Source of the DNA: Alphaproteobacteria bacterium
GTDB lineage: Bacteria > Pseudomonadota > Alphaproteobacteria > Bin95
Length of the DNA: 64,000 bases
Direction of reading: 5' to 3'
NCBI GenBank assembly: GCA_965205265.1
Contig: CBDBGH010000003.1
Location: forward strand, 3,328,001 to 3,392,000
Below the pieces are notes generated by a model that was not told the DNA's origin, did no database searches, and saw nothing but the letters and a program-made list of their open reading frames with translations. The translations under genes and the position numbers were made by a program. Positions 9,803-23,815 of the stretch are shown here, in pieces; within the stretch, counting starts at the first letter, position 1, and each line of letters begins with the position of its first letter.

Positions 9803-10669
9803 ATGGTCCGCGCCGTCCTCCTGTGGCTTCCCCTCCTGCTTATGGGCGGACCGCTGGAGGCGGAGCCCTACAAGGGCTTCCCGCGCGGCCACGCGCTCAT
9901 TACCGCGGCCGACCTGAAATCCCTGCTGGACGGGCGCGGACCGAAACCCGTCGTGCTTGCGGCAGTCGGTCGGGTGCCTTGGCTGGTCGGCCGCATTCCG
10001 GGCGCGCGCCGCGTCCTGCGCCGCGCCTATACGGACCGCGACGGCATGGCGGTGGACCGGGCGCGTTTCCAGGCCTTTGCGCGCGGGCTCGGCATAGACG
10101 ATGAAACTCCCGTAGTCGTCTATGACAACACCTATGACGCCGCGCGCCTCTGGTGGCTGTTCCGGCTCTACGGGAAGACCGATGTGAGGGTGCTGGACGG
10201 CGGCTGGCGGGCCTGGGACGAGGCGGGCTACGCGATCGAGCGCGGCCCCGGCCGGGCGGCTCCCGATGCCGGGAACTTCACCGCCGTGCCCGCGCTCGCC
10301 GGTTGGACGGCCGGCTTCGATGAGGTTGCGCAAGCCCACCCGGAGGCGGGAACGCACCTCTGGGACGCGCGCGACATCCCCGAGTGGAAGGGAACCGGCC
10401 CCATCGGCGAAGCCCGCTTCATCGGCTGGCGCGCCTTCCGCAAGGCAGACGAGGGCCGGCCCTCGGAGTTCCGGACCGCCGCCGAAATCGGCGCTTTGCT
10501 CCGGCAGTCGGGCTTTGGGCCGGACCGGGACCACATCTTCTACTGCCATTCAGGCGTGCGCGCCGCCACGCCGATGTTCGCGCTCTACCTTATGGGCTAT
10601 CCCGAGGAGCGCTTGCATCTCTATGACGGTTCCTGGATAGAATGGAGCCGGCGGGCCCGGAGGAATTAG
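9803..10669 (+). CDS. Tandem-domain rhodanese/sulfurtransferase (SseA-like) with signal peptide
   Basis: AARLWW, VRVLDGG, active-site YCHSGVRA, LYDGSWIEW; hydrophobic N-terminus. Confidence 0.88.
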   Translation: MVRAVLLWLPLLLMGGPLEAEPYKGFPRGHALITAADLKSLLDGRGPKPVVLAAVGRVPWLVGRIPGARRVLRRAYTDRDGMAVDRARFQAFARGLGIDDETPVVVYDNTYDAARLWWLFRLYGKTDVRVLDGGWRAWDEAGYAIERGPGRAAPDAGNFTAVPALAGWTAGFDEVAQAHPEAGTHLWDARDIPEWKGTGPIGEARFIGWRAFRKADEGRPSEFRTAAEIGALLRQSGFGPDRDHIFYCHSGVRAATPMFALYLMGYPEERLHLYDGSWIEWSRRARRN

Positions 10670-10763
10670 GCAGACCCGCAGCCTGCGACCGATTGCGCCG
10701 GGGAGTGGACAAGCGCAGCGAACGCGCTATGATTTATGCTGCACTGCAACAAAGGAGCGAGCG

Positions 10764-11951
10764 ATGAACGCGGATCCGGTCGTCATTGTGGGCATGGCGC
10801 GCACGCCGATGGGGAGTTTCCAGGGCGTGCTCAAGGAGGCAACGGGGCCGGAGCTCGGCACGCGCGCGATCACCGGCGCGCTCGAAAGCGCCGGAGTGGC
10901 GGCCGACGATGTGGACGAGGTGATCCTCGGCTGCGTGCTGCCGCACGGCCAGGGCCAGGGCCCGGCGCGGCAGGCGGCCATCCACGCGGGAATCCCGAAT
11001 TCGGCGGGCGCCACCACGATCAACAAGCTCTGCGGCTCCGGCATGAAGGCCACCATGCTGAGCCACGACCTGCTGCTCGCCGGCACCAACGATGTCATGG
11101 TTTCGGGCGGCTTCGAGAGCATGACCAACACACCCTATCTGCTGGACAAGGCACGGGCCGGGATGCGCATGGGCCATGGGCGCGTACAGGACGCCATGTT
11201 CCTCGACGGCCTGGAGGACGCCTATGAACCGGGCGCGCTGATGGGCCATTTCGCCGAGGAGACGGCGCGGCACTTCCAGTTCACCCGTGAGGAGCAGGAC
11301 GAATTCGCGATCCGCTCGCTGAACCGCGCCCGCGCCGCGAACGAGGACGGCACGTTCGCGGGCGAGATGGTGCCGATGACGGTGAAGACGCGGCGCGGCG
11401 AGTCGGTCGTCGAGCAGGACGAACAGCCTTTCACCGCCAATATCGAGAAGATTCCGGGCCTGAGGCCCGCCTTCGCCAAGGATGGCTCCGTAACGCCCGC
11501 GAACTCATCCTCCATCTCTGATGGCGCCGCCGCGCTGGTGCTGATGCGACGGTCGGAGGCGGAGCGCCGGGGGCTCGCGCCGCTCGCCACCATCGTGGCC
11601 CATACCTCCCACAGCCAGGAGCCGCGCTGGTTCACCACCGCGCCCGTCGGTGCGATGCAGAAGCTGTTCGAGAAGACCGGCTGGGACAAGGACGAGGTCG
11701 AGTTCTACGAGATCAACGAGGCCTTTGCGGTGGTGCCGATGGCGGCGATGCGTGAGTTCGCCCTGCCGGCGGACAAGGTCAACGTCCATGGCGGCGCCTG
11801 CGCGCTGGGCCATCCGGTCGGCGCATCGGGCGCGCGGATCGTGGCGACGCTCATCAACGCCATGCAGAAGAACGGCGCGAAGAAGGGCGTCGCGGCCATC
11901 TGCATCGGCGGCGGCGAAGCGACCGCCATGGCCATCGAACGCGCGGCGTGA
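10764..11951 (+). CDS. Acetyl-CoA C-acyltransferase (thiolase)
   Basis: NKLCGSG, NEAFA, GHPVGASG, CIGGG motifs. Confidence 0.95.
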   Translation: MNADPVVIVGMARTPMGSFQGVLKEATGPELGTRAITGALESAGVAADDVDEVILGCVLPHGQGQGPARQAAIHAGIPNSAGATTINKLCGSGMKATMLSHDLLLAGTNDVMVSGGFESMTNTPYLLDKARAGMRMGHGRVQDAMFLDGLEDAYEPGALMGHFAEETARHFQFTREEQDEFAIRSLNRARAANEDGTFAGEMVPMTVKTRRGESVVEQDEQPFTANIEKIPGLRPAFAKDGSVTPANSSSISDGAAALVLMRRSEAERRGLAPLATIVAHTSHSQEPRWFTTAPVGAMQKLFEKTGWDKDEVEFYEINEAFAVVPMAAMREFALPADKVNVHGGACALGHPVGASGARIVATLINAMQKNGAKKGVAAICIGGGEATAMAIERAA

Positions 11952-12327
11952 CCCGCAGGCTCATCTCCTCCGGCGGCCGCTATGAGGCGGCCGCCGGCTA
12001 TTCCCGGGCCGTGGTGCTCGGCGGCTGGGTGCATGTCGCCGGCACGACCGGGGCGGACCCCGGGACAGGGGCGATTCCCGAGGACGTCGTCGAGCAGGCG
12101 CGGCTTGCCTTCGGCATTATCGGGGCGGCGCTGGCGGAGGCCGGAGCCGGTTTCGAGGATGTGGTGCGCGTCACCTATTTCCTGACCGATGCGGGCGATT
12201 TCCCGGCGCTCATGCCGGTGTTCGGAGAGATATCCGCCCGGCCGCCACGGCGGTGGTCGTCGCCGGGCTGGTCGATCCCGCCATGAAGATCGAGATCGAA
12301 GTCACGGCCCAGTGCCCACGGCCCTGA
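11948..12327 (+). pseudogene. RidA-family protein, frameshifted near 12228
   Basis: GYSRAVV..VAGTTG N-terminus in one frame; C-terminus DIRPAATAVVVAGLVDPAMKIEIEVTA continues in the -1 frame to TGA at 12327. Confidence 0.8.
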
Positions 12328-12983
12328 TTACCGGCGCGGCGCGCGGCATCGGCCGCGCGCTGGCGGGCGGCTATCTCGCCGACGGCTGGCGGGTGCTGGC
12401 GGTGTGCCGCGACCCGGCGGCGCTGGCCGGACTCGACGGCATCGCCGATGCGGCCCGCCTCGATGTGACGGACGACGAGGGCATTGCCGCGCTCGCCGAA
12501 CGCTGGCGGGACGAGCGCATCGACCTGCTCTGGAACAATGCCGGCGTGGATTCCCCCAACACCCGCTCGCTTGACCGGCTCGACACGGAGGAATGGGCCC
12601 GGTGCCTGCGTGTCAACACGATAGCACCGGTGGCGGTCGCCGCCGCATTCGCCCGCCATGTCGCGGCAAGCGAGCGGCGCACCATGGCGTTCGTGACGAG
12701 CCAGCTGGGCTCGATTTCGCAGGCGGCGGGCGTGCGCCGCTATGCTTACAGCAGTTCGAAGGCGGGGCTCAATATGGCGGCTCGCACGCTCGCGCTGGAG
12801 CTGGCGGGCCGGGTGCGCGTCGCGATCCTGCATCCCGGCCATGTCGCCACGGACATGGGCGGCCGGCACGCTCCGGTGACGGCGGAGGAAAGCGCGCGCG
12901 GCATGCGCCGCATCGCCGAGCGCCTCACCGACCGCCAGTCCGGCGCCTTCCTCGACTGGCGGGGGCGCACGATCCCCTGGTAA
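12312..12983 (+). CDS. Short-chain dehydrogenase (CsgA/C-factor-like SDR)
   Basis: TGAARGIG, NNAG, YSSSK catalytic motif, HPGHVATDMGG; GTG start. Confidence 0.9.
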   Translation: MPTALITGAARGIGRALAGGYLADGWRVLAVCRDPAALAGLDGIADAARLDVTDDEGIAALAERWRDERIDLLWNNAGVDSPNTRSLDRLDTEEWARCLRVNTIAPVAVAAAFARHVAASERRTMAFVTSQLGSISQAAGVRRYAYSSSKAGLNMAARTLALELAGRVRVAILHPGHVATDMGGRHAPVTAEESARGMRRIAERLTDRQSGAFLDWRGRTIPW

Positions 12984-13016
12984 GGGCTGCGGCACAGATC
13001 AATCGTCGCCGCCAGC

Positions 13017-13499
13017 TCAGGCGTAGTCGATCTTCACGATCTCGTAGTAGCGCGCGCCGCCGGGCGCATCGACCTCGATCTGGTCGCCGACGGACTTGCC
13101 GATCATGGCCCGCGCCAGCGGCGAGGCGATGGAGAGCCGGCCCTGGGCGACGTCGCTCTCGTCCTGGCCGACGATGCGGTAGCAGGATTCCTCGTCGCTC
13201 TCCTCGTCCACCACCGTTACCTGCGCGCTGAACATCACCTTGTCGCCTGAGACCTGGGAGGGATCGATCACTTCCGCCCGCGAAACCTTGTCCTCAAGCT
13301 CCGCCATGCGGCCCTCGATGAAGGACTGCCGGTCTCGGGCCGCGTGGTATTCGGCATTCTCGGACAGGTCCCCGTGCTCGCGGGCCTGGGCGATGGCCTG
13401 GACGACGGCAGGCCGCTCGACCGTCTTCAGCCGGCGCAACTCCTCCTCCATCCGGCGATAGCCTTCAGGCGTCATCGGCACCTTGTCCATCTCAGCCAT
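13017..13499 (-). CDS. greA: Transcription elongation factor GreA
   Basis: AREHGDLSENAEYHAA, SPLARAMIGK. Confidence 0.97.
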   Translation of the reverse strand: MAEMDKVPMTPEGYRRMEEELRRLKTVERPAVVQAIAQAREHGDLSENAEYHAARDRQSFIEGRMAELEDKVSRAEVIDPSQVSGDKVMFSAQVTVVDEESDEESCYRIVGQDESDVAQGRLSIASPLARAMIGKSVGDQIEVDAPGGARYYEIVKIDYA

Positions 13500-13521
13500 T
13501 TCCCTTGCGCAAAAGCTACAA

Positions 13522-16500
13522 TCAGAGCCGGAACGACCCGTCAAAATAGGATTGCAAAGGGGCTACTTCAAGGCGGGCGGCCTCGACCGCGGCGATGGCG
13601 CGGGCCGCCGCGTGCGCGCCCGCGAGGGTGGTGAAATAGGGCACGCGGCGGTTCAGGGTCTCACGGCGCAGGCTGTAACTGTCGCGGAGCGCGGCCACGC
13701 CCTCGGTCGTGTTGACGACCAATTGCACCTGCCCGCTCTTGAGGGCGTCCACGATATGCGGCCGGCCTTCCAGCACCTTCTTGACGACATCGACCTCCAG
13801 CCCTTCCGCCTGGAGCGCGCGGGCCGTGCCGCCGGTCGCGATAAGCCGGAAGCCGCTGGCGGCGAGCATCCGCGCCACCTCGACCGCGCCCGCCTTGTCG
13901 CTGTCGCGCACCGAGACGAAGGCGGTGCCGCCGCCGGGCAGAGTCACCCCGGCGCCCAGCTGGGCCTTGGCGAAGGCGCGGGCGAAGTCGGTGTCGATGC
14001 CCATGACCTCCCCGGTGGATTTCATCTCGGGGCCGAGCACGGTGTCCACGCCGGGGAAGCGCGCAAAGGGGAAGACAGCCTCCTTGACCGCGATATGCCG
14101 GCTCGCCTTCGGCCGCGGGAAGGCGGCGAGCGGCTCGCCGGCCATCAGCCGCGCGGCGATCTTGGCAACGGGAACGCCCGTGGCCTTGGCGACGAAGGGA
14201 ACGGTCCGGCTTGCGCGCGGGTTCACCTCCAGGATGTAGATCCGGTCGCCCCCGGGCCCGTGCGTGACCGCGAACTGCACGTTCATCAGGCCTATCACGC
14301 CGAGCGCACGCGCCAGCGCCTCTGTCTGCCTCTCGATTTCGGCGACGGTTTCGCCGGCGAGCGAGTGGGGCGGGAGTGAGCAGGCGGAATCGCCGGAATG
14401 CACGCCCGCCTCCTCGATATGCTGCATCACGCCCGCAACGACGACAGTCCGCCCGTCCGAGAGCGCATCGACATCCACTTCGGTCGCATGGCGCAGATAG
14501 CGGTCCACCAGCACCGGGCTCGCGCCCGAAACTTCCACCGCAACCCGGATATAGCGGTCAAGCGCGGCCCGGTCGTGGACGATCTCCATCGCCCGCCCGC
14601 CGAGCACATAGGAGGGCCGGAGCACCACCGGATAGCCGATACGCTCCGCAATCGCTGCCGCTTCCCCGGCGGAGGCCGCGACGCCGTTTTCCGGCTGGGT
14701 GAGCCCGAGCTCCAAGAGCAGGCCCTGGAAACGCTCGCGGTCCTCGGCGAGATCGATGGCGTCCGGCGAGGTGCCGAGTATCGGGATGCCCGCCTCCGCC
14801 AGCGCCGAGGCGAGCTTGAGCGGCGTCTGCCCGCCGAACTGCACCACGGCGCCGACCAGCTCCCCGCGCGCACCCTCGACCCGGGCGACCTCGATGACGT
14901 CCTCGGCCGTCAGCGGCTCGAAATAGAGCCGGTCCGCGGTGTCGTAGTCGGTCGAGACGGTCTCCGGATTGCAGTTGACCATGATGGTCTCGTAGCCCGC
15001 CTCGCTGAGCGCCAAGACGGCATGGACACAGCAATAGTCGAATTCGATGCCTTGGCCGATACGGTTGGGACCGCCGCCGAGAATCATGATCTTCCGGCGT
15101 TCGGCCGGGTCGGCCTCGCACTCGGCAGGCACGAGGCCGTTGCCCTCCCAGGTCGAATACATATAGGGCGTTGCGGAGGAGAACTCGGCGGCGCAGGTGT
15201 CGATGCGCTTGTAAACGGGTGCCAGGCCGAGCGCGCGGCGCCGGGCCGCGACCTCGCCTTCCCCAAGCCCTGTCAATTCGCCGAGGCGCGCATCGGAAAA
15301 ACCCAGCCGTTTCAGCGCCTGGAGGCCCTGCGCGCTCTCCGGCAGGCCGGATGCCCGCAACTCCTCCTCGGCGCATACCAGCGCCTCAATCTGTTCCAGG
15401 AACCAGGGGTCGAACTGGCAGGCCTGGCGGATGCGCTCCCGGTCGAGGCCGTGGCGGAAGGCCTGGGCGATCACCAACAGGCGGTCGGGCCTGGGCTCGG
15501 ACAGCAGCTGTACCATTTCGTCCGGCTGCGGCGCGCCCGGAATCTCGATCTCGTTGAGGCCGGTCAGCCCCGTCTCCATGGACCGGAGCGCCTTTTGCAG
15601 CGATTCCGCGAAGCAGCGCCCTATGGCCATCGCCTCGCCGACCGATTTCATCGAGGTGGTAAGCAGCGGCTCGGCGCCGGGAAACTTCTCGAAAGTGAAG
15701 CGCGGCACCTTGGTCACGACATAGTCGATGACCGGCTCGAAGGAGGCGGGCGTAGTGCGCGTGATGTCGTTCTGCAGCTCGTCGAGCGTGTAGCCGACGG
15801 CCAGCTTGGCCGCCACCTTGGCGATGGGGAATCCGGTCGCCTTCGAGGCCAGCGCCGAGGAGCGCGAGACGCGCGGGTTCATCTCGATCACGACCAACCG
15901 GCCGTCCTTGGGATTGACGGCGAATTGCACGTTCGATCCGCCGGTATCGACGCCGATCTTGCGCAGGCACGCGATCGAGGCGTCGCGCAGGACCTGATAT
16001 TCCTTGTCTGTAAGCGTCAGGGCCGGCGCCACCGTCACCGAATCGCCGGTATGCACGCCCATCGGATCGACATTTTCGATAGAGCACACGATGATGCAGT
16101 TGTCCGCCCGGTCGCGGACCACTTCCATCTCGTATTCCTTCCAGCCGAGCACCGACTCCTCGACCAGCACCTCGCCGACGGGCGAGGCGTCGAGGCCGCC
16201 CTGCACGATGTTCTCGAACTCCTCCGGATTGTAGGCGACGCCGCCGCCCGTGCCGCCGAGCGTGAAGGACGGGCGGACGATGAGCGGCAGGCCGATCTCC
16301 CGCATGGCACGGCGCGCCGCATCCATGTCGCCCACCAGCGCGCCGCGCGGCGTGTCGAGGCCGATCTCATGCATGGCGTCGCGGAACAGCAGTCGGTCTT
16401 CGGCCTTGGCGATCGACGCCCGGTCGGCGCCGATGAGCTCGACCCCGTAGCGTTCGAGCACGCCGTTTTCATCAAGCGCCATCGCCGTGTTCAGCGCGGT

Positions 16501-16779
16501 CTGCCCGCCCATGGTCGCAAGCAGCGCATCCGGCCGCTCACGCTCGATGACCCGCTCAACGAGTTCCGGCGTGATCGGCTCGACATAGGTCGCATCGGCC
16601 AGGTCCGGGTCGGTCATGATGGTCGCCGGGTTGGAATTGACCAGCACGATCCGGTAGCCCTCCTCCCGGAGCGCCTTGCAGGCTTGGGTGCCCGAATAGT
16701 CGAATTCACAGGCCTGGCCGATGACGATGGGCCCGGCGCCGACGATCAGGATGGAGCCGATATCGGTGCGTTTAGGCAT
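13522..16779 (-). CDS. carB: Carbamoyl-phosphate synthase large subunit
   Basis: [19 protein letters not shown]-type start, two ATP-grasp domains, MGS domain. Confidence 0.98.
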   Translation of the reverse strand: MPKRTDIGSILIVGAGPIVIGQACEFDYSGTQACKALREEGYRIVLVNSNPATIMTDPDLADATYVEPITPELVERVIERERPDALLATMGGQTALNTAMALDENGVLERYGVELIGADRASIAKAEDRLLFRDAMHEIGLDTPRGALVGDMDAARRAMREIGLPLIVRPSFTLGGTGGGVAYNPEEFENIVQGGLDASPVGEVLVEESVLGWKEYEMEVVRDRADNCIIVCSIENVDPMGVHTGDSVTVAPALTLTDKEYQVLRDASIACLRKIGVDTGGSNVQFAVNPKDGRLVVIEMNPRVSRSSALASKATGFPIAKVAAKLAVGYTLDELQNDITRTTPASFEPVIDYVVTKVPRFTFEKFPGAEPLLTTSMKSVGEAMAIGRCFAESLQKALRSMETGLTGLNEIEIPGAPQPDEMVQLLSEPRPDRLLVIAQAFRHGLDRERIRQACQFDPWFLEQIEALVCAEEELRASGLPESAQGLQALKRLGFSDARLGELTGLGEGEVAARRRALGLAPVYKRIDTCAAEFSSATPYMYSTWEGNGLVPAECEADPAERRKIMILGGGPNRIGQGIEFDYCCVHAVLALSEAGYETIMVNCNPETVSTDYDTADRLYFEPLTAEDVIEVARVEGARGELVGAVVQFGGQTPLKLASALAEAGIPILGTSPDAIDLAEDRERFQGLLLELGLTQPENGVAASAGEAAAIAERIGYPVVLRPSYVLGGRAMEIVHDRAALDRYIRVAVEVSGASPVLVDRYLRHATEVDVDALSDGRTVVVAGVMQHIEEAGVHSGDSACSLPPHSLAGETVAEIERQTEALARALGVIGLMNVQFAVTHGPGGDRIYILEVNPRASRTVPFVAKATGVPVAKIAARLMAGEPLAAFPRPKASRHIAVKEAVFPFARFPGVDTVLGPEMKSTGEVMGIDTDFARAFAKAQLGAGVTLPGGGTAFVSVRDSDKAGAVEVARMLAASGFRLIATGGTARALQAEGLEVDVVKKVLEGRPHIVDALKSGQVQLVVNTTEGVAALRDSYSLRRETLNRRVPYFTTLAGAHAAARAIAAVEAARLEVAPLQSYFDGSFRL

Positions 16780-17932
16780 GGGCATCCATCATGTCGGCGA
16801 AGCGCCGGAACAGGTAATGGGCGTCCCTGGGGCCCGGGGAGGCTTCCGGATGGTACTGCACCGAGAAGATCGGCCTGCCTTCCGCCCGCAACCCTTCCAC
16901 CGAACCATCGAAGAGCGAGCGATGCGTCTCGACCACCCCCGGCGGCAGGCTTTCCCGCAGCACGGCAAAGCCGTGGTTCTGGCTGGTGATCTCCACCTTG
17001 CCGGTTTCCAGGTCCTTGACCGGATGGTTGGCGCCGCGATGGCCGATAGCCATCTTCGCCGTGCTCGCGCCCAGCGCCAGCGCGAGGATCTGGTGGCCGA
17101 GGCAGATGCCGAAGATCGGCTTGCCGCTCTCGATCAGGATGCGGACGGTTCCGGTTGCATAGGCCCCCGTCGCCGCCGGATCGCCGGGGCCGTTGGCGAG
17201 GAAGATGCCGTCGGGCTTGAGCGCCAGAATCGCGTCCGCCTCCGTTTCGGCCGGCACGACCGTCACAGCCGCGCCAAGCTCGGCCAGGCAACGCAGGATG
17301 TTGTGCTTGACGCCGTAATCCACGGCGACGACATGGCGCGACGGGTGCTCCAGCCGGCCGTAGCCGCGGCCGAGCGCCCAGCGGGTCCGGTTCCAGCGAT
17401 ATGTTTGCCGGCAGGTGACTTCCCGCGCGAGGTCCATGCCCTCCAGGCCCGGCCAGGCGGCGGCACAGGCGATTGCGGCGTCGGTGTCGATGCGGCCGTC
17501 CGGGGCATGGACGACAACGCCGCTAGGCGCGCCGGCGTCGCGGATGCGCCGGGTGAGCGCGCGCGTGTCGATACCGGCGACGCCGATCAGGCCGCTGCCG
17601 GCGAGCCAGTCATTCAGCCGGCGCGTCGCGCGGAAATTGGAAGGTCCGGTCGGGTCCATGCGCAAAACGAGTCCGCGCGCGGCCGGCGCGTCCGACTCCA
17701 CATCCTCGCCATTGGCGCCGACATTGCCGATATGCGGGAAGGTGAAGGTGACGATTTGCCCGGCATAGGACGGGTCGGTCAGGATTTCCTGGTAGCCGGT
17801 CGGCGAGGTGTTGAAGCAGACCTCGCCCACCGCCTCGCCCTCCGCGCCGAAGCCTTTGCCCCAGAACACGGCGCCATCGGCAAGGACCAGGGCGGCCGTG
17901 GCACCGTCCGGTCTGGGGTCTTGGATAACCAT
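16772..17932 (-). CDS. carA: Carbamoyl-phosphate synthase small subunit
   Basis: [28 protein letters not shown]. Confidence 0.97.
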   Translation of the reverse strand: MVIQDPRPDGATAALVLADGAVFWGKGFGAEGEAVGEVCFNTSPTGYQEILTDPSYAGQIVTFTFPHIGNVGANGEDVESDAPAARGLVLRMDPTGPSNFRATRRLNDWLAGSGLIGVAGIDTRALTRRIRDAGAPSGVVVHAPDGRIDTDAAIACAAAWPGLEGMDLAREVTCRQTYRWNRTRWALGRGYGRLEHPSRHVVAVDYGVKHNILRCLAELGAAVTVVPAETEADAILALKPDGIFLANGPGDPAATGAYATGTVRILIESGKPIFGICLGHQILALALGASTAKMAIGHRGANHPVKDLETGKVEITSQNHGFAVLRESLPPGVVETHRSLFDGSVEGLRAEGRPIFSVQYHPEASPGPRDAHYLFRRFADMMDAHA

Positions 17933-18189
17933 TGGATTACTAGCTCGTTTGCGCCGGGCAACGGTCGGAGACCCTTGACGACGGAAGTCGGGAATACATA
18001 ATTTCCGCTGTCCGGGGCATGTTCCAACCGCCAAGGGGATAAGCGGGCGGACAGCCTGTGTCAAGGCGTGCACCAGCAGGAGAAAACTTCTAATTCAACA
18101 CGTTACGCCGTGTATGCGGCGTTTTGTCGTGAAGCTGTCACAACTCGCGGCGGGGTACCGGCCGCGACCTGGAAGAGCGGGAGACTTCC

Positions 18190-18645
18190 ATGCGGGCGCA
18201 ATTGAACGAGGCATTGAAGGAATCCTTGCGGGCCAAGGATGTCATGACCTTGCGAACGGTCAGGCTGATTCTGGCCGCGATCAAGGACCGTGACATCGCG
18301 GCGCGCGGACAGGGCAATGCCGACGGCATCGGCGATGCCGAAATCCGGGAGCTGCTGCAAAAGATGGTCCGTCAGCGGGAGGAGTCCTCCCGCTATTACG
18401 AGGAGGCAGGCCGGCTCGACTCGGTGGATGAAGAACGGCGCGAAATCGCCGTCATCCAGAGATTCCTGCCTGCCAGGCTCGATCCGGATGCGCAGATTGC
18501 CGCGGTGAACGCCGTGGTCGGCGATCTCGGCGCCTCGGGCATGCGCGACATGGGGCGCGTCATGGCCGAGCTCAAGCGGCGCTATGCAGGCCAGATGGAC
18601 TTCGGCGAGATCAGCCGGACGGTCAAGGCCGCGTTGGCGGCCTGA
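18190..18645 (+). CDS. GatB/YqeY domain protein
   Basis: RLILAAIKDRDI, DMGRVM; conserved position before dnaG. Confidence 0.9.
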   Translation: MRAQLNEALKESLRAKDVMTLRTVRLILAAIKDRDIAARGQGNADGIGDAEIRELLQKMVRQREESSRYYEEAGRLDSVDEERREIAVIQRFLPARLDPDAQIAAVNAVVGDLGASGMRDMGRVMAELKRRYAGQMDFGEISRTVKAALAA

Positions 18646-18665
18646 CGGCGGGCCCGGCGCACCGG

Positions 18666-20459
18666 ATGGCCTTCCCGCCCGAGTTTCTGGAGCAGCTTCG
18701 CGACCGCGTGTCCTTGGTGGATGTCGTCTCGCGCCATGTGAAATTGCAGCGGCGCGGGCGGGAGTTTGTCGGTCTCTCGCCCTTCAAGCAGGAGCGCACG
18801 CCGTCCTTCACCGTCGTGCCCGACAAGGGTTTCTTCCACTGCTTCTCCAGCGGCGAACACGGCGATGTCATCGGCTTCCTGATGCGCATGGAGGGGCTCT
18901 CCTTCCCCGAGGCGGTGGAGAAGCTCGCCCAGGCGGCCGGGATGGAAGTGCCGCGCGAAAGCCCCGAAGCGGCCGCGCAGGCCCGCAGGCGGCGGGGCCT
19001 TCTCGATGCCGTCGAAGCCGCCGCAGCCTTCTACGAGCGCCAATTGCGCCTGCCGGCGGGCCGGCGGGCGATGAATTATCTGCGCGGCCGCGGGCTCGAC
19101 GACGACACGATCGGTCGCTTCCGGCTCGGCTATGCGCCCGGCGACACAGCGGCGCTCATGCAGGCGCTGAAACGCGGCGGTTTCGAGGCCGATACGCTTG
19201 TCGAAGCCGGGCTCCTCCGCCAGGCCGGGCACGGGGAAGAGCCGCGCGCCTCGCTCCGCAACCGGGTCGTGTTCCCGATCACCGACCGGCGGGGGCTCCC
19301 GATCGCCTTCGGCGGGCGCGCAATGGGCGATGCGCAGCCGAAATACCTCAACACACCGGAAACCCCGGTCTTCCGGAAGGGGGAAGTGCTCTACGGCCTT
19401 GCCCAGGCGCGCGACGCGGCCTGGCGCGCGAAGGAAGTGATTGTCGTCGAGGGCTATATGGACGCCATCGCTCTTTCCCAGGCGGGCTTCGCGCATACCG
19501 TGGCCTCGCTCGGTACCGCCTTCGGGGAGAACCAGCTGCGCGCACTCTGGCGGCTCGTCGATGAGCCGGTTCTCTGTTTCGACGGAGACGAGGCGGGCCA
19601 GCGCGCAGCCCGGCGCGCCGCCGAACGCGCCCTGCCGCTGCTCGCGCCCGGCAAGTCGCTGCGCTTCGCGCGCCTGCCGGACGAACGCGACCCGGACGAC
19701 CTGGTCCGCCAGGACGGGGCGGCGGCGCTGCGCGCAGTGGTCGAACGGGCGCAGTCGCCGGTCGATCTTCTATGGTCGAGCGAGGCGGAGGCGGTGCGCC
19801 CGGATTCGCCCGACCGCCGCGCCCGGTTCAGCCGCAACCTGCTGGCGCTGGCCTCCGGGGTCCGCGACGAAACCGTGCGGCGCTACTACGAAGCCGAAAT
19901 CCTTTCCCGCCTTCGCGAGCGGTTCGGGGTCAATCTGCAACCGCAGCCCGGTCGGCGTCGCTCCCGGCCCTCTGCCCCGGGCGGGGGAAGGGAACGCGGC
20001 GAGGCCCGGATCGCGGGATTGCGCGAACGCCAGGCGAGGGGCGTATTGGCGGCAGCGATCAACCACCCCCAGCTTGCAGTCGAGTTCGACCGGGAAATCG
20101 CCGAACTCGATTGCGCCGGGTCGCTTGACAGGCTTCGACAAGAGATTCTAAGGCTTGCAGCCGACGGAGAGGGGATTGACGCGGGCGACTGGCGGACCCA
20201 TTTCGAGAAGGTCGGCCTTACCGGCGCGGTCGGCGGCGTGTTGTGCGAGGCCGTATACGCTCTTGCGCATTTCGCTCGCCCGAACGCTCCGGCGACGGAG
20301 GCGCGAAAGGGGATGGAGCAGGTCTTCGCGGCATACCGCTCCGCGGCCATTGAGCGTGAGGTGGCGGCAGTGGCCGAAACCGGCACCGAAGAATCGCTGG
20401 AACGCATGCCGGCGCTGGTGATGGAGGCCCGCAGGTCGCGCGCCCAGGACGGGACCTAG
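18666..20459 (+). CDS. dnaG: DNA primase
   Basis: SPFKQERTPSF zinc-binding region, KYLNTPETPVF, VVEGYMD, FDGDEAG. Confidence 0.96.
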   Translation: MAFPPEFLEQLRDRVSLVDVVSRHVKLQRRGREFVGLSPFKQERTPSFTVVPDKGFFHCFSSGEHGDVIGFLMRMEGLSFPEAVEKLAQAAGMEVPRESPEAAAQARRRRGLLDAVEAAAAFYERQLRLPAGRRAMNYLRGRGLDDDTIGRFRLGYAPGDTAALMQALKRGGFEADTLVEAGLLRQAGHGEEPRASLRNRVVFPITDRRGLPIAFGGRAMGDAQPKYLNTPETPVFRKGEVLYGLAQARDAAWRAKEVIVVEGYMDAIALSQAGFAHTVASLGTAFGENQLRALWRLVDEPVLCFDGDEAGQRAARRAAERALPLLAPGKSLRFARLPDERDPDDLVRQDGAAALRAVVERAQSPVDLLWSSEAEAVRPDSPDRRARFSRNLLALASGVRDETVRRYYEAEILSRLRERFGVNLQPQPGRRRSRPSAPGGGRERGEARIAGLRERQARGVLAAAINHPQLAVEFDREIAELDCAGSLDRLRQEILRLAADGEGIDAGDWRTHFEKVGLTGAVGGVLCEAVYALAHFARPNAPATEARKGMEQVFAAYRSAAIEREVAAVAETGTEESLERMPALVMEARRSRAQDGT

Positions 20460-20489
20460 AAGAAGCGAAAATCGGGGACGGATTGAAGC

Positions 20490-22424
<1,935 letters not shown>

Positions 22425-22491
22425 CCGGGAACGCTGCCCGGCGTCCTCAATCCACGGCGCCGGGTCTTCGCCGGGTTCGGGCGGGCCCGCC

Positions 22492-23661
22492 TCAGTAGCT
22501 CTTCGGCAGGTCGAGTTCCTTCTCGGCGATGAAGGAGAGCGCAAGCTGCCAGCTTACGGGCGCGATCCGGGCGATCCAGATCTCCCGGAGCCAGCGTTCC
22601 ACATGGTATTCCTTGGCGTATCCCATGCCGCCATGGGTCAGGATGGCGCGCTCGCAGGCTTCGTGCCCCACTTCCGCCGCCAGGTATTTCGCGGCGTTGG
22701 CCTGCGGCCCGCAGGCTTCGCCCCGGTCATACATCCACGCCGCCTTGTAAACGAGCAGTTCGGCCGCCTCCAGCTTCGCCCAGCTTTCCGCCAGCGGATG
22801 CTGGATCGACTGGTTTTGTCCGATCGGCCGGTTGAAGACATGGCGCTCGCGCGCATAGTCCGCCGCGCGGTTCAATGCACAACGGCCGATGCCGACCGCT
22901 TCGGCGGCGACGAGGATGCGCTCCGGGTTCAGGCCGTCCAGCAGGTAGTAGAAGCCCCGGCCTTCTTCGCCGATCCGATCTTCCGCCGGCACCGGCAGGC
23001 CGTCCAGGAACAGCGAATTCGAATCGACCGCCGACCGGCCCATCTTCGGAATTTCCGTCGGCGTGAGATAGCGCCGGTCAAAATCCGTATAGAACAGCGT
23101 CAGCCCGTCAAAGGCGCGCTGGCACTGCTCCCGTGGCGTGGTGCGCGCGATCAGCAGCATCTTGTCGGCCACCTGCGCCGTCGAAGTCCACAGCTTCTGC
23201 CCGTGGACGACGTAACCGCCCTTGCCGTCCGGCTCCGCCCGCGTCTTCAGGCTGGAGGTGTTGAGGCCGGAATCCGGCTCGGTCACCGCGAAGCAGGCCT
23301 TCTTCTCGCCCGCGATCAGTTCCGGCAGCATGCGCCGGCACTGCTCGTCTGTTCCGTGCTTGACGATCGGATGGGGGCCGAAAATGTTGAGATGGATCGC
23401 GGAGCAGCCGCTCATCCCGGCGCCGGACTGGGCCACCGCCTGCATCAGGATCGTGGCCTCGACGATACCGAGCCCGGAACCGCCGAAGTCCTCCGGCATG
23501 GCGATGCCGAGCCACCCGCCTTCGGCCATGGCCCGGTGAAAATCGTGCGGGAAGGCGCCCTCGGTGTCGCATTCGCGCCAGTAGTCGAGGTCGAAGCGCG
23601 CGCAAAGGCGCTCCACCGCCTCGCGCATCTGCTCGTGCTGTTCGCTCCATTCGAATTGCAT
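22492..23661 (-). CDS. Acyl-CoA dehydrogenase family protein
   Basis: [37 protein letters not shown]. Confidence 0.92.
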   Translation of the reverse strand: MQFEWSEQHEQMREAVERLCARFDLDYWRECDTEGAFPHDFHRAMAEGGWLGIAMPEDFGGSGLGIVEATILMQAVAQSGAGMSGCSAIHLNIFGPHPIVKHGTDEQCRRMLPELIAGEKKACFAVTEPDSGLNTSSLKTRAEPDGKGGYVVHGQKLWTSTAQVADKMLLIARTTPREQCQRAFDGLTLFYTDFDRRYLTPTEIPKMGRSAVDSNSLFLDGLPVPAEDRIGEEGRGFYYLLDGLNPERILVAAEAVGIGRCALNRAADYARERHVFNRPIGQNQSIQHPLAESWAKLEAAELLVYKAAWMYDRGEACGPQANAAKYLAAEVGHEACERAILTHGGMGYAKEYHVERWLREIWIARIAPVSWQLALSFIAEKELDLPKSY

Positions 23662-23815
23662 GGCACCGCCCCTGTCCGCCTCTCGTCCGGCCGCTGCTAT
23701 ACCCATTCTCCCGGGGCGCGGCAACGAGGGCGCCAGCCCGCGGCTCTCGCCAAACCGGCCCCGGCGGTGCTAAACAGCCGTTCGTATCCGAGCTGTCCCC
23801 CAGAGTCCCTGTCCC

